64,000 nt of DNA, from contig JASTWF010000088.1 in NCBI GenBank assembly GCA_030390025.1, forward strand, positions 62,001 through 126,000. Direction: 5' to 3'. Position numbers and translations under genes: made by a program. The stretch comes from Squalus acanthias (taxonomy: Eukaryota). Below the pieces are notes generated by a model. That model worked only from the letters and a program-made list of their open reading frames with translations, had not been told where the DNA came from and made no database searches. Within the stretch, counting starts at the first letter, position 1; every line of letters begins with the position of its first letter. Shown piece after piece: positions 13,421-26,473 of this stretch.

Positions 13421-15074
13421 CATAAGTCTGGTAACTTCTGCATTGGCACCAGAAAAATAACCTTGAAAGCTGCCAGATTGTCATAAAACCCAACTGGTTC
13501 ACTCGTATCCTTCACAGAAGGAACCTGCTACTCCTACCTGGTTTGGCCTATGTGTAACTCCAACCCCACACTATGTTCACGCTTAATGCCCTCTGAAGTG
13601 GCCAGTTTGTAAAAAAAAATTGTTACTAAGGGCAGTAAAAGGACACTTATCAGCATTGCCCACATTGAGAACAAATAAAATAATCAATTCTCTCTGCCTT
13701 CTCTCCATATCACTTAATCCCCTTACTTCCCAAGTATCATCTTTTAAAGACCTCAATTGATTGTGCATCATTAACCTTCACATCCTCACTACTTTTGTGT
13801 TAAGTATTTCTCCTGGATTCACTTTTTAAATCACCTTTGTTTAAATTCTAAAAGCTGCCCTCTTGTTCTGGATTCCCCATCTACATGGAAAAGACATTCA
13901 CCATCTATCCTGTCAATTCCCCTCATTATTTTAAATGCCCCAACCAGATCAGTCCTCAACATCCTCAACTCCAGAGAATATAACTCAAGTTTACCCAGTC
14001 TCCCATCACAACTCCGTCCCTTCATTCCAGTTATCGTCTTCGTAAATTGTCATTGGACTTTCTGCAGGGTCAGTATATCCTTCCTAAGTAGGGTGCCCGG
14101 AACTCAACTCAATGGACCCAGTTTCCATGTTCATTAAGCTTCGGAAATGAATGCAACACCAGAAACAGGCAGATGTTTAACAATATTACAGGGAAAGTGA
14201 TCGTTACGTCTGAGTTTTTTCTAACTTCTAGTTTTTTTTAAGATGTCTCAATCGAGTTCCAACTTCCTGTGCCATTTTCCTGAGCCTGGATATCTAGTTC
14301 ATCTTTCAATATTATGTCCCAAGATAACAAATTAAACAACTGTTCTGTTAGCTATTTTAGCTACTGGAATTGTCTTCTGTCTTTGAGTGATTGAGCATCA
14401 CAACTTCAGATCTCATTTTAGGTTTAAAATAGTCAATGAATTTTTTTTAATTAATATATTTACAATGGAGGTCCTTCGATGTAGGTCTTTTAAAAGGAAA
14501 ACAATGAGCGGTCTCAATCTAATTGTTAAACAATTTTTTTGTAGAATATTTGTATAGAGTGTTTCTTTCCTTGTATTTCTTACCACTGTGGGAGCTGCAG
14601 TTGGCTTGAAGTATTAGCTGGAGATTTTTAATAACTGCCAACCACATTTAAAAATAACTGGCTGTCATACATCTAACTGAAGAAACCAGTCTGTGTTTGT
14701 CTTAAAGCTTTACAAATAACCAGATGAAACTTGACACACAGGTATCAAGTTAAGCTTGGTACAAGATTCTAGCTGCAACTGGCTTTTAAACTCTAGGGTC
14801 TGGTTGAGGTGCATTAGCAGCATAAACAGGGTGGGCTGGAATTTGGGCACGGACCCATTCTGGCAGGTCTCCACTCCTTTTTTAACAGTACCAAATTCCA
14901 TTGGGCTTGGCCCATGCTTCTCGGGTCTGACGTCCTCCTGGGTGGCTGTCATTAGAAGACATCCCACCAGTTCCAACTCACTTGCCTTCATGGCTAATTG
15001 CAGCACATTCTGGTTTCCAACTGACAATCGCAGTGAAAAGTGAATGTGTAAAACCTTGAGCTGGTACAACATCC

Positions 15075-15215
15075 CATCATTCCCCATCCCCAGCTTCCTC
15101 CATAGTCGCTGTGTCTCGGATTGCTTGTGCTGCCTCCTCAAAGGGTGTAAAAGGGCAGAGGTTGAGCTCCTACTCCACCTGGCTTCTTCTCCCTCTTATT
15201 ATTCACCGTCTTCTC
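15075..15215 (-). pseudogene. Decayed exon of a Harbinger Myb/SANT-like partner gene
   Basis: Acceptor ttctttttgcag, then EKTVNNKREKKPGG and (frameshifted) FTPFEEAAQAI...GDGE. Confidence 0.45.
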
Positions 15216-15919
15216 CTGCAAAAAGAACAAAAGGATTTTGAATAATTGAATTTGACAGGAAGGATAGCCAAGTTTCAGCCTCTGCCCATAGTGTGATTAG
15301 AGGGATCTGCATGTACAGTGGTTGGAAGGATTTATCAGGGGAAACAGTAGTCAAGGATGTGAGAAAAGGAGCTGTTAGTGGCAATGGGGGCTGCTACAAA
15401 ATATGTCCTAATCCAGAATGGATATTCATGGAAACCTTTCAAAGTACAACAACATCTTACATTTATATAGCACCTTTAACGTAACAAAATGTCCCACGGT
15501 GCTTCACAGGAGTGTAATCAGGAAAAAATGGATACCAAGCCAAAGATGGAGATAGTAGACAGGGAGGCCAAAAGCATGGTCAAAGACGTGGATTTAATGA
15601 GGGTGCTAAAGGAGGAGGGAGAGGCGGACAGGTTTCAGAAAAGAATTCCAGAGCTTGGCACCTGCATGGCTGAAGGCAGAATGACCAATGGTAGAGTGAA
15701 GGGGGGATGCAAAAGAGGCTAAAGTCTGAGGAATGAAGAGTTGAAAGTGGGAATTGTAGGGCTGAAGGAGGTTATAGGGAAAGGGAGGAGCGAGGCCATG
15801 GAGGAATTTAAACATGACCGTAAGAGACAATTGGAGGCGTGGGAGACTGGGAACCAATGTAGGTCAGCAAACCCCGGGATGACGGGTGAACGGGACTTGG
15901 TGGAGGATAGAATACAGAA

Positions 15920-16365
15920 AGAAAGACTTGCATTTATAGAGCGCCTTTCATGACCACCGGACATCCCAAAGTGCTTTACAACCAATGGAATACTTTTTGA
16001 AGAGTAGTCACTGTTGTAATGTAGGAAATGCGGCAGCCAAGTTGCGCACAGCAAGCTCCCACAAACAGCAATATGATCATGACCAGATAATCTCTGTTGT
16101 TTGATAAATATTGGCCAGGACACTGGGGATAACACCCCTGCTCCTCTTCAAAATAATGCCATGGGATCTTTTACATCCATCTGAGAGAGCAGACGGGGCT
16201 TCGGTTTAACATCTCATCCGAAAGACAGCACCTCAGACAGTGCAGCACTCCCTCAGCACTGCACTGGAGTGTCAGCCTAGCTTTACGTGCTCAAGTGTCT
16301 GGAGTGGGACTTGAACACACAACCTTCTGACTCAGGCCAGAGTGCTACTAACTGAGCCATGGTTG
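15920..16365 (-). mobile_element. tRNA-derived DeuSINE (SacSINE1-like) inserted in an L2 fragment (about 15455-16545)
   Basis: Deu-domain core gtgcagtgctgagggagtgctgcactgtc..gtctttcggatgag on the - strand. Confidence 0.7.
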
Positions 16366-18045
16366 ACAAGCAACAAAGTTTTGGTTGAGTTGAAGTTTAT
16401 GAAGAGAAGAGAATGGGAGGCCGGCCAGGAGAACATTGGAATAGTCGGGTCTAGAGGTAACAAGGCATGGATATGGGTTTCAGCAGCAGATGGGCTGAGG
16501 CAGGGGTTGAGATGGGCGCTATTACGGAGGTGGAAATAGAAGGACTCTGTGATGAAGAGGATATAGAATCATATAACACAGGAGGCCATTTGGCCCATCA
16601 TGCCTGTGCCAGCTCTTTGAAAGAGCTATCCAATTAGTCCCATTACTCTGCTCTTTTCCCCATAGCCCTGCAAATTATCCTCTTCAAGTATATATCGAAT
16701 TCCTTTGAAAGTTACTATTGAATCTGCTTACACTATTGAATCTGCTTACACTACCCTTTCAGGCAGTGCATTCCAGATCATCATCATCCACTGTGTTTAT
16801 ATATAAAAAAAAACTCTCACCTTTTATAAATTACTGGTTAGACAGGCACAGCACATGACTAGGCAGACCGTTTCCTTTCTTCTAATCTGATTTTATCTTT
16901 GGAAATAAAACAAGTTTAATTTTGAAAGCAAACAAAAACCTCTGATTAAATTAGATAGGGAATAAATGTATAAAGGGGACGGGAGGCAGGAAACTGGTTG
17001 CGAGTGAGGGAACCTCTGGCCTCTCACCACCTGCCCTTTGGAGAGAGTGAGGTTTAAGGGTGAAATGAGTGGCAGTGGAGAATATAAAGGGGTTCAGTAG
17101 GTGGGAGTGAATGGGTAGTGGGAAGCACAAGTAATTGGAGAGGGAATGGGAAGGGCCATAATTTCTTCCCAACCCGCAGCCCAAATGCAGCTTGTAGTAG
17201 ATGGAGTGGCTCCTTTCCCCACCGTAGCACACAATACCACCCACCACATCCCACCCAAATAGAAAGAAGAAACAGACAAAGAGGAGGAGCAACAGAGGAG
17301 AAAGCGAGATTCCAAGGCAAAAGAGGGGGACAGGAATATATGAACGTAAGAAAATAATGGGCAGGAAAAGACTAGTTGGTCCATCAAGCCCGTCCCACAT
17401 GTGTGATGCCTAACCAATGTTCCCTCGTGCGGGCCATTCAAAATACCGCGCATGTGCGGTTTGTACGTTGAAAAGCTGACAGCCGTCTGCGCAGGATCCC
17501 TGGAGCGCTACGCAGCCACACAGCTTACAGGGACCGTTGTTCCTAACCCTCCCACAGGTATGTAATCTCCTGGGAGGGGCAAAAAAAACTCGAGGACAAT
17601 ACAGGAAGAGATCTGGAAAATTGCTCTGACCCCCTCAGGCGATCGAAACAAGTGCAGGAGATCATATGGACCATGTGTATATTAATTATTAATCCATTTA
17701 CTTTTTATATGATGTGATCTCTGCCCAGCCAAGAAATGGTCCTGCTCCCTCTTGAAGGCATGCAGAGAGTCATCGCACGCCACACCAGTGTCTCAGCAAT
17801 CCTTACAGACATTTCTTTTAACTTCAGCCAGTCTGGAGCCAATTTGTTAGCAGCAACATTCTGTTGGTATTGTGTCTGAAGGTGCTGATGTGAGGGTCAA
17901 GTTATGTGACCTAATTAAGGATAATGTAGCTCAACCAACATCACATGACAGCCCTACATGGTACTGAATCCTCAGATTCCAAGTATTGAGAAAGTACTTT
18001 GTTTCCCTACCCGAATAATTTGTGAATGAGCGAGTTCTTAGGGAT

Positions 18046-18221
18046 AGAAATTCGTCCTGGACGGTATTGCAAAATGGGCGGTATCACATCCAATGCTTGT
18101 ACTACACCCCACCTGATGTCACTTCCATTGACTGCGGTGGAACTGAATATCGGGCAGTGCGTTTAACAGATGACCGGTGCGATACCGCCCGCTTTGTACT
18201 ACCGCCTAAGATGAATTTCTA
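18046..18221. mobile_element. Short palindromic MITE
   Basis: agaaattcgtc...gggcggtatc / gataccgccc...gatgaatttct. Confidence 0.6.
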
Positions 18222-18704
18222 ACCTTCGATGTTCTCAAGCCTGACAGTCATTTGCATGAAGTTAGTGGCCTGAAATAAAACAATTTTATTCCAGCCCCAT
18301 TCATCGTGAGAGCGTTGTAATCTGAAGCACCTCATGAGTCCTTCCTGAACAGTAGAATATGAGAACATTGCTCAAGTATATGTACAGAAAGCTGCTCCAA
18401 CCCAATGAGCAAAAACAAATCCCAATGCACAATGCTCCCCCTAACTGAGAGGAAGGGCCACTGCCATCCCCCAATTAATACTGCACCCTCCCTCCTATCA
18501 TTGCTCATATCAATGTAAGAAAGCCTGTACTAATGTTATATTTGTATCAAAATTAATGGAAGGAAAATTTGGCGGGTTCTGTAGGGGCATGTGATCCTCT
18601 CCACTCTGCCCAGACGATGCTTAATACCCAGGCGGCAAAGACCAAAATCTACCCCCATATTTTGCTACTTACTGTGTGAAATGTCACCGGATGCTAGAAA
18701 AAAA

Positions 18705-19145
18705 GGAATATCTTGCATTTATGATCTTTCATGACCTTGGAACGTCCCAAAGCGCATTACTGCTAATGAAGTACTTTAAGTGTAGTCACTGTTGTAATGT
18801 GGGAAATGCAGCAGCCAATTTGCGCACAGCAAGCTCCCACAAACAGCAATGAGATAATGACTTGATAATCCGTTTTAGGGATGTTGGTTGAGGGATAAAT
18901 ATTGGCCAGGACGCCAGGGAGAACTCCCCGACGACTCCTCTACGTCCACCTGAAACAACACATGGGGTCTAGGTTTAACGTCACATCTGAAAGACGGCAC
19001 CTCTGACAGTGCAGCACTCCCCTCAGTACTGCACTGGAGTGTCAGCCTGGGTTTTGTTTTTGTTTCGTTTTTGTGCTCAAATTTTTGACTTGAATCCACA
19101 ACCTGCTGACTCAAGTGAGAGTACTGCCACTGAGCCATGGTTGAC
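18705..19145 (-). mobile_element. DeuSINE (SacSINE1-like), second copy
   Basis: Homologous to 15920-16365. Confidence 0.7.
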
Positions 19146-19787
19146 ACCTAATCTAATAGTGTATATAAGAAATACAGCAAGAAGTGGTGTAAATCTTTGC
19201 CTCAAATTCTGAAGAAATTTGCTGATTGAAGTCAATGGAAAATAAAATTTGCACGCTGTGTAAAAGGGGCTGCCAATTTCACCCTCCCAGACTCTCAAAT
19301 CTTTTTACTTGAATTTCTTTCTCTCTGCCCCCTCCCCTGGTTGTCCATGACATTTATCATTAATATATATCCTATGATGTCTCATTCGTAAAGGTGAAAT
19401 ACTGTAGAACTAATTCATGGTCAATAAAATTTGTGCATTTTGCAGGGAGTCCTGTCCCATGAAAATACACACTGCAATTAGTTACATTTATTTGGAGCTC
19501 TCTGCCAGCAGTACAGAGCTGTAGAATGACCTCCATTCTTTTTATCAGTTATGGTGGATGGCAAGTTTGGCAATAACCATACTTTTGGCATTTCATTATA
19601 TTATAAAAATCATGGCCATCCCACTCATGCAAAAATATTTGGCTGTTAACACTAAGCAGTCTACATTATATTTTCATTGATATTCCACACACAGCCCATG
19701 TAACAAGGAGAATGAACAGATAACTAAAGTCAGTACTCTTATGGTTTATTGATGCCTTTGTGATGATTGGTCTTTTTTTCTGTTCAG

Positions 19788-20285
19788 GTACTTCCATTGA
19801 GATGCAGAAAGTCAAAGCAGCAGGTTCTGAGAAACTGTACCAAGCTAAAAGTTGTTTCTTCAATAATTCAGAACTGGCCTATGATGTAGTCTGATGTAAG
19901 TTATTGACTATGACTGGGTGGAAATCTACTAATGTCTTCAGATTTTGTAATCGGCTTTTAGTTTCATTAGCACAATGTCTCCTGTCCCTGAATGTTAACA
20001 TACAAGTCATGTTATATAACATGGCCAGCTCATTAATATGCTGATGGAATCTTGATTTATTAAAACTGTACCAATGTCTGCATTTTGTTAGCTCATTTTC
20101 CTGTTAGATTTTCAATGTTCCAGAAACCCTTGTTCTGCAATCTATTGTACAATAAATACTGTTGGCTTATTACTTTGTTTTCAAATTTTCTTTTACAATA
20201 TAACAAGAAAAACAAATATAATGTGAATACTAAAATAAAAATGAGATTTTAAAATAAGTGAAGCATTGGATGACAATAAATAGCA
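19788..20285 (+). other. Probable non-coding last exon (3'UTR) of the MHC class II alpha gene
   Basis: Acceptor tctttttttctgttcag at 19787; unique AT-rich sequence; AATAAA at about 20151, 20234 and 20275; the coding exon ends in a donor and needs a further exon. Confidence 0.5.
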
Positions 20286-20975
20286 TAAATGAACTTTGAT
20301 TTCTTGGAGACACTTGGCTGGGTGAAAGACCCTTTGGATACTGGATATAAAAGGGCCAAGTCAGCATTAATGCAGTCTGAGTATGGACCAATGCACTTCA
20401 GCTCATCAAACTGGACTAGTAGGCCTAAGCACTCAGTCATAAAGTGCCAAATTCTGCAATTAAAATTAAAATTACCAGCTAGTTGAGACTTGCACGGAGA
20501 ATGTTTGATCCTCATTGCATTTATTCACTTTAGTCAATTGCATGTAAATTGGTTCCACACTGAAATTGCTGATCTTAATCAGATGTTTGCTCCCTCAGAC
20601 TTCCTCACCCATTTAGAACAGGTGTTGCTGGGATTTCCTGCTCTAGCCAGTAGAAGTGTGATTCTTGAAGGGGTGATTCAGTTTAATATAGTGTTCATAT
20701 TCTTTTTCGTGCTTTTTGCTTTATCTGCATTTGCTTTGGTGCCTTACTTTCTGCAGCTGCATTTCTGCATATTTTTGTTCTTGGGATGTGGGCATCGCTG
20801 GCAAGGCTGCTTGCTCCCCCCATCCCTAGTTGCCCTGAGAAGGTGGTAGCAAGCTTTCTCCTTGAACTGTTGCAGTCTGTGTGGTGAAGGTACAATTCTG
20901 TTAGCTAGGGAGTTCCAGGTTTTTGACCCAGAGCTGATGAAGGAACGGCGATATACCTCCAAGTCAGGATGGTGT

Positions 20976-23024
20976 TGTGAAGGAATAAGCCATAAAACCT
21001 ATTCAGAAAAATACACCATTCTATGAAAGAATTCTGGCCTTATTAAAACATGACAAACTGGGTTTGGAAATCTAAAAACCTAACAATGGAGAAGCTGTAT
21101 TGTTAACAGCATTCTGGCTGTGGGGATGGGATGGTTGTTGACAGTCAATGGCCTTGTTGAAACAGAAGGTTGGAGGCTCCTGATGGTCTGAATCTTTGGA
21201 AAGAAGACAATGGTGCATCCTGGTTAAGGTGTTCTAAGTTACACTTCGTAAAGAGGCACATAAAATTAAGAAACATGCCTTCGTAAAAATGACATCGTAA
21301 AAGAAACACCTGCTGTCACACCGTTTTTATGGTAAGCTTAGAACACCTATGGAGGAGAGACAATGAGTCTGTATTGCAACCAGCTGAGGTGACTAAGAAT
21401 TGCATAGATCACCCTGGTTGAGGTGTTCTAATTTACACTTCGTAAAGAGACACAAACAGAAGGCCTTAGTAAAAATGACATCAAATGAAATGCACCTGCT
21501 CTTACACCGTTTTTTATGGTAAGCTTCGAACACCTAGGGTGGAGACACGGGCCCAGAAATTCCAGTTGGAGGCTTCCCGCAGGCGCAAGCCCCCGACCTG
21601 CACTTAAGCGCGCCTACCGTTATGCTCTGGGCCCGCGCAGAATTCCGTTCCTGTGCCTGCTCCAGCTGCCGGTGCGCAGTGCTTGGGTATCGCAGGGGCG
21701 CAGCTAGTTCGCAGCGTCCCTGGGATCACGTGGGCCATGGGGAGCCAATCGGAGCAGGGAATCAAGACCTGTCAAATCTATGAATAGAGATCGGCCCCAA
21801 AACCTAAGTAAAACTTCAAATAAATGTGGGAAAAAAAATCACATTTTTAAAATAACTATAAATTACATAAATTAACTACTTTAAACAAAAATTTAAATTT
21901 TTGAAAAAAATAATTAAAGTTTTTAACAGAGCTAAAAATAAACTTACCTTTAAAGTATTTTAAAATGATAAACCTGTGGAAAAAATGTTTTACTTTCTTC
22001 ACCTCTTACCTTGTTAAAAGCAGGCCTTGCACCTGCTTTTTCCACGCGCAGCTGCTAGGGACTTACCCGCACTGCATCAACTCAGAAACAAAACGGCAGT
22101 TCGATGCGTACGCGCTGCCTCTTCGGCGCACGCGGTTGACCTGCGAACCCCTTCCTTCAAGAGAACGGAAGTTCCGGTTTCCAGCGCATGCGCGAAACCG
22201 GCACTTCCGTTGGCCCTACGTCTGAGTACACAGCGTGTACTCACCCATAGGGAACGAAATTTCATGGCCACGATTCTTAATGCTACCAGCTGAGATGAGT
22301 AAGAATTGCAGGGGTCAGCAGAAAAATGACGAGATAATTAGCTTACATCAGCAGAAAACCTTAAAGGAATACCACTGGAAAAGGGTATAAATATTGAGCT
22401 CTCAAATAGGATACTAGATTCGCTGTAAAGGGGCAAAGCGATTCTCAGGCTTCAGAGGCGGCTCTAAGTCTACAATTCTTTGTATCTCGGGGATCAAAGG
22501 TATTGTACTGTATTTGATTTTGGTGGATATCCTGAATAAAACGAAGAACTGTAAAACTCTAGCGAAGTTAAGATTTGAGAATAAGGATCTCTGATAAGAA
22601 TTGAAAGCTTTCTCTTTTTGGAACTGTTAATGTTGCGATTGACTCACCAACTGTAAAATACATGTCGGTTCTTCAATAAATCTATATATTTTTAGAATTG
22701 TCTCTCAATACTTCTGTATCAAACTCGCAAACTCAATCTCTGTACACTCTTTGGTGAGGAGTTGCAGAATTCTGGGGGAGTTTTCCGGACCCTCATAATA
22801 TCCGGAACGTTAGTCTAGCTAAACTTAGCTAAAAGTGCTATCTGGAGGATGATAACATTTTCAGGTTGTTCCTTTCCTTTAGGGATAGATAGTCCGGACC
22901 TTTAGACCCAATTAAGCGTCTTTAGGATTCGGCTACCTCAAACTTTAGTTGAAAGTGAATGTCTGGGGAATACGCCTGATTCGGGGTAGCCCTAAAGGGG
23001 CTAGGACTAGTAATTATCCCTTCA
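20976..23024 (+). mobile_element. Solo LTR (about 1.3 kb plus an inserted MITE) interrupting a LINE fragment
   Basis: Ends TGTGAAGGAATAA...TTATCCCTTCA; GTGT TSD (20972-20975 / 23025-23028); internal ~190-bp tandem duplication; TATAAA near 22384, AATAAA near 22535; the LINE resumes after it. Confidence 0.75.
21550..22269. mobile_element. Harbinger-type MITE, copy 1
   Basis: TIRs ggcccagaaatt / aatttcatggcc; ACG TSD; splits one repeat unit of the solo LTR. Confidence 0.8.
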
Positions 23025-23439
23025 GTGTATGTCTTGGAAGTGAACTTGGAGGTGATGGTGTTCCAATGCTACTGCTCCCCGTGTCCTTTTTAGGTGGTAG
23101 AGGTCACTGGTTTGGCAGGTGCTGTTGAAGTAACCTTGGTGAGTTACTGCAGTGCATTTTGTAGATCATATACACTGCAGCCATGGAACACGGTGGTGGA
23201 GGGTCTGGATATTCAGCCTGGTGACCGAGATTCTGTTCAGGTGAACTGCTCTGTCCTAGATGGTGTCGAGCTTCTTGCATGTTGTTGCACCTGCACCCCT
23301 CCAGGCAAGTGGAGAGTATTCCATCAAACTCCTGACTTGAGCCTTGTAGGTGGTAGAGAGGCTTTGGGGAGTCAGGAGGTGAGACACTTGCCGCAGAATA
23401 CCCAGCCCCTCACCTGCTCTAGTAGCCACTGTGTTGATA

Positions 23440-23840
23440 TAGAAGCGTATAGCACAGGAGGCCATTCAGCCCACCTTGCTTGTGCCAACTCTTTGTGGAA
23501 AAAGCTATCCAATTAGTCCCACTCCCCTGCTCTTTCCCCATAGCCCTGCAAATTTTTCCCCTTCAAGTATTTATCCAATTCCCTTTTGAAAGTTACTATT
23601 GAATCTGCTTCCACCACTTTCAGGCAGTGCATTCCACATCGTAACAACTCGCTGCGTAAATTTTTTTTTTCCCTCATGTCATTTCTGGTTCTTTTGCCAA
23701 TTATCTTAAATTTGTGTCCTCTGGTTACTGACCCTTCTGCCACTGGAAACAGTTCCTCCTTATTTACTCTATCATGATTCTGAACACCTCATCAAATCTC
23801 CCCTTAACCTCTGCTCTAAGGAGAACAACCCCAGCTTCTC
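23440..23840 (-). mobile_element. CR1 LINE 3' fragment
   Basis: TRGHKFKIIG...FKRELDKYLK. Confidence 0.8.
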
Positions 23841-23844
23841 TAAT

Positions 23845-23980
23845 ACAAAAGCAAAATACTGTGGATGCTGGAAATCTGATATAAAAACAGAAAATGCTGG
23901 AAATGCTCAGCAGGTCAGGCAGCATCTGTGGAGAGAGAAACAGAGTTAATGTTTCAGGTCGATGACCTTGCGTCAGAACT
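23845..23980 (-). mobile_element. Penelope terminal fragment with a degenerate hammerhead motif
   Basis: - strand agttctgacgcaaggtcatcgacctgaaacattaact, followed by the same tail as 1900-1987. Confidence 0.65.
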
Positions 23981-24931
23981 GCTGAGTAGTAATGAATTTA
24001 GTCTTATAGTGGGGATCCCCTTATGCGAACTGCTGTGACATCAACAGGCTGTCTAAGCAGCCAATCAAAATGCAGAATTCTACAGACAGCGAACAAGTGA
24101 GTAAGTTCTTTAACAGTTTTTTTAAAAAAATTAGAATTTTGAGAGTAAAACAAAGATTGGGGCTCTCACCTGGGAAAAAGGCAAACCTGAAACACTTTTT
24201 TTTAATTTTTAAATATTTCTGAAAAGTTTCTTCAATTAAAATTTTTATTCAAATGGACAAATTTCACACTGCACAAAATTAAAATTCGTTTTCCAGGCCC
24301 TTAACATTCCTTTAGCGGGGAAGTGAGACTAGCTGAAGTGTTCTTGCAGAGAGCCGGCATAGGCTCGATGGACCAAATGGCGGCCTCCTGTGCTGTAACC
24401 ATTCTATGATTTTATGATAATGCTGTCAAAACCCCAGTTACACCTAATCCCTTTGGATCTAACTTTTAGTGAGTGGGGAACTTAACAGTGTAATTACTGC
24501 AGAGAGCTGAAGTTTTCATCAGTTTCCCTGATTTGGTTGATTACACAGATTGCCGGCTCTGTGGGGTCAGGGTCACAGCGCAGCCTGTTTCGGAGCTGTC
24601 ATTGACAGACCCCAACTTCAGGATTTCCATATGTGCCTGCTCATGCGCCAAATCCCGAAGTTGCGGTCAGTTTCAAAGGCGGAATGACAGTGTACGCTGC
24701 CAATTTGCTGTCATCCTGACCGCAAATTCCCGATCATAATTTCTAACAATTCTAACTATTTCTTATCTCTGGTCCTCTCAGCATTGTTCAAGTCCGTCAC
24801 CCTTAATTCTGTCGCCTTTTGATACGTGTTCACGTTAGGACTGCTCGAAAACGACACTAATTTCTTGTCTCTGGCACTTTCCCCTTTGGATTTGGCCCCT
24901 ATTGGAGGTGACCAGTCTCCTCTATTTATCC

Positions 24932-25062
24932 AAAAGGAAAATACTGCAGATGCTGGAAATCTGAAATAAAAACAGAAAATGCTGGAAATACTCAGCAGGT
25001 CAGGCAGCATCTGTGGAGAGAGAAACAGAGTTAACGTTTCACGTCTATGACCTTTCGTCAGA
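24932..25062 (-). mobile_element. Penelope terminal fragment with a hammerhead ribozyme core
   Basis: - strand CTGACGA-aaggtcatagacgt-GAAA-CGTT-aact. Confidence 0.7.
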
Positions 25063-25241
25063 TTTATTTATCCTTCCATTGATCCCTGCAATGAGTTATG
25101 AACTCAAAGTGCCAACAAACTTATCAGGCAACATCATGCCTGGAGGTAAAGCAGCCTGCAGCAGTAGAAATGCATCCTTGTCTGTCAAGCTGTGCGCCTG
25201 CTATAGCAATCGAACTTTATTTAATAACTGAGTTGGGTCTC

Positions 25242-25712
25242 CTATTCCCTCGTGGGCAATTGGCCACTGAGTTGGCACAATTCTGAAAGGGTCAGATCCC
25301 AACTTACTTCTTTATCTTCGTGTTCATATACTAGTCGTTTTTCCCTGTTTGTCGTCCCTTCTGTGTACAGATGTTTGGCAACTATGGCTGCCATCTCAAC
25401 ACACCTGTATAACCCCATACTAACACCTGTTTTAGACAGGGTACAATCGGTGACATTCCCTGGATTACTACTGATATTAGAAGTATCACTTCCGCCTTCT
25501 GCCCGCCACCCCCACCCTCGCTTGGCATCCGAAACCTCCACCTTCAGTGGTCTTCTGAACTGTGGGGGCGCTGTTGGGAGGACTAGATCATCCTTGTCAT
25601 CATCACTACTAGGTTCCTCCTCGTGAGTGCTGAAGGACAAGGTTGCCACTCTAACTTTTAATTCTTTAATCTTTCTCTTGTTCTCTGTTCTTCCCATCTC
25701 TCCTCTCTCCAT
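25242..25712 (-). pseudogene. gag-like remnant of an older LTR element into which the ERV inserted
   Basis: Coiled-coil-like stretch, acidic patch and PTAP late-domain motif (LPTAPPQ); related sequence continues past 36094. Confidence 0.4.
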
Positions 25713-26049
25713 TGCCTTACCACCACTCTATCCTTGGTTCCCTGTGACAAATTCCATAGTTCTTGATGAGCTATTTTGGTATCATCCAATTTTCCCTGCG
25801 TCTGAACTATTGTTTCAGCTGGGCACATAATTGAGTTATTACCTGGTGCATCTCCAACTGTTGGATAGCGGCTAATCTACGTTCTGCCTGTACAGCACCC
25901 AATTTGTTTTTAAATCTCTCTTTGTGCCTAAAGAGTCTGAACCTGGCTATTCTGTTTAGTAAATTTCTCAATCAAACTATTTATTATCTGCACCATTGCC
26001 ATTATGCAGTTGGCCTTTTTTGCTTTCTTATTTTTTTCATCTATATTTC

Positions 26050-26350
26050 GATTCACAGAATCCCCACAGTGCAGATACAGGCCATTTCGGCCCATCGAGC
26101 CTGCACCGACACATATCCCACCCTATCCCCGTAACCCCACGTATTTAATCCCCTTAACCCTAAGGGTCAATTTATCATAGCCAAATCAACCTAACCTGCA
26201 CATCTTTGGACTGTGGGAGGAAACCGGAGCACCCGGAGGAAACCCACGCAGACACGGGGAGAATGTGCAAACTCCACACAGACAGTCACCCGGGGCCGGA
26301 TTCGAACCCGGGTCCCTGGTGCTGTGAGGCAACAGTGCTAACCATGTTGC
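26050..26350 (-). mobile_element. HE1/V-SINE
   Basis: V-domain ggaggaaaccggagcacccggaggaaacccacgcagacacggggagaatgtgcaaactccacacagac; B-box ggttcgaatcc on the - strand. Confidence 0.8.
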
Positions 26351-26473
26351 CCTCAATTATCACACGTCATTGTAAGGTCTCTAAGTGTCACTGCTATCCT
26401 CCTCAAAAGGTCCTTCCCTAGGGTGCTTATGGACATAACTTTCTGCCCACAACATCCATGATAATACTCCTTT

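Noticed and set aside
14710-15141. 143-aa ORF as a host gene
   Set aside because: No recognisable domain; overlaps a decayed Harbinger partner exon in another frame
26280-26350. tRNA-like B-box as a tRNA gene
   Set aside because: It is the head of an HE1/V-SINE
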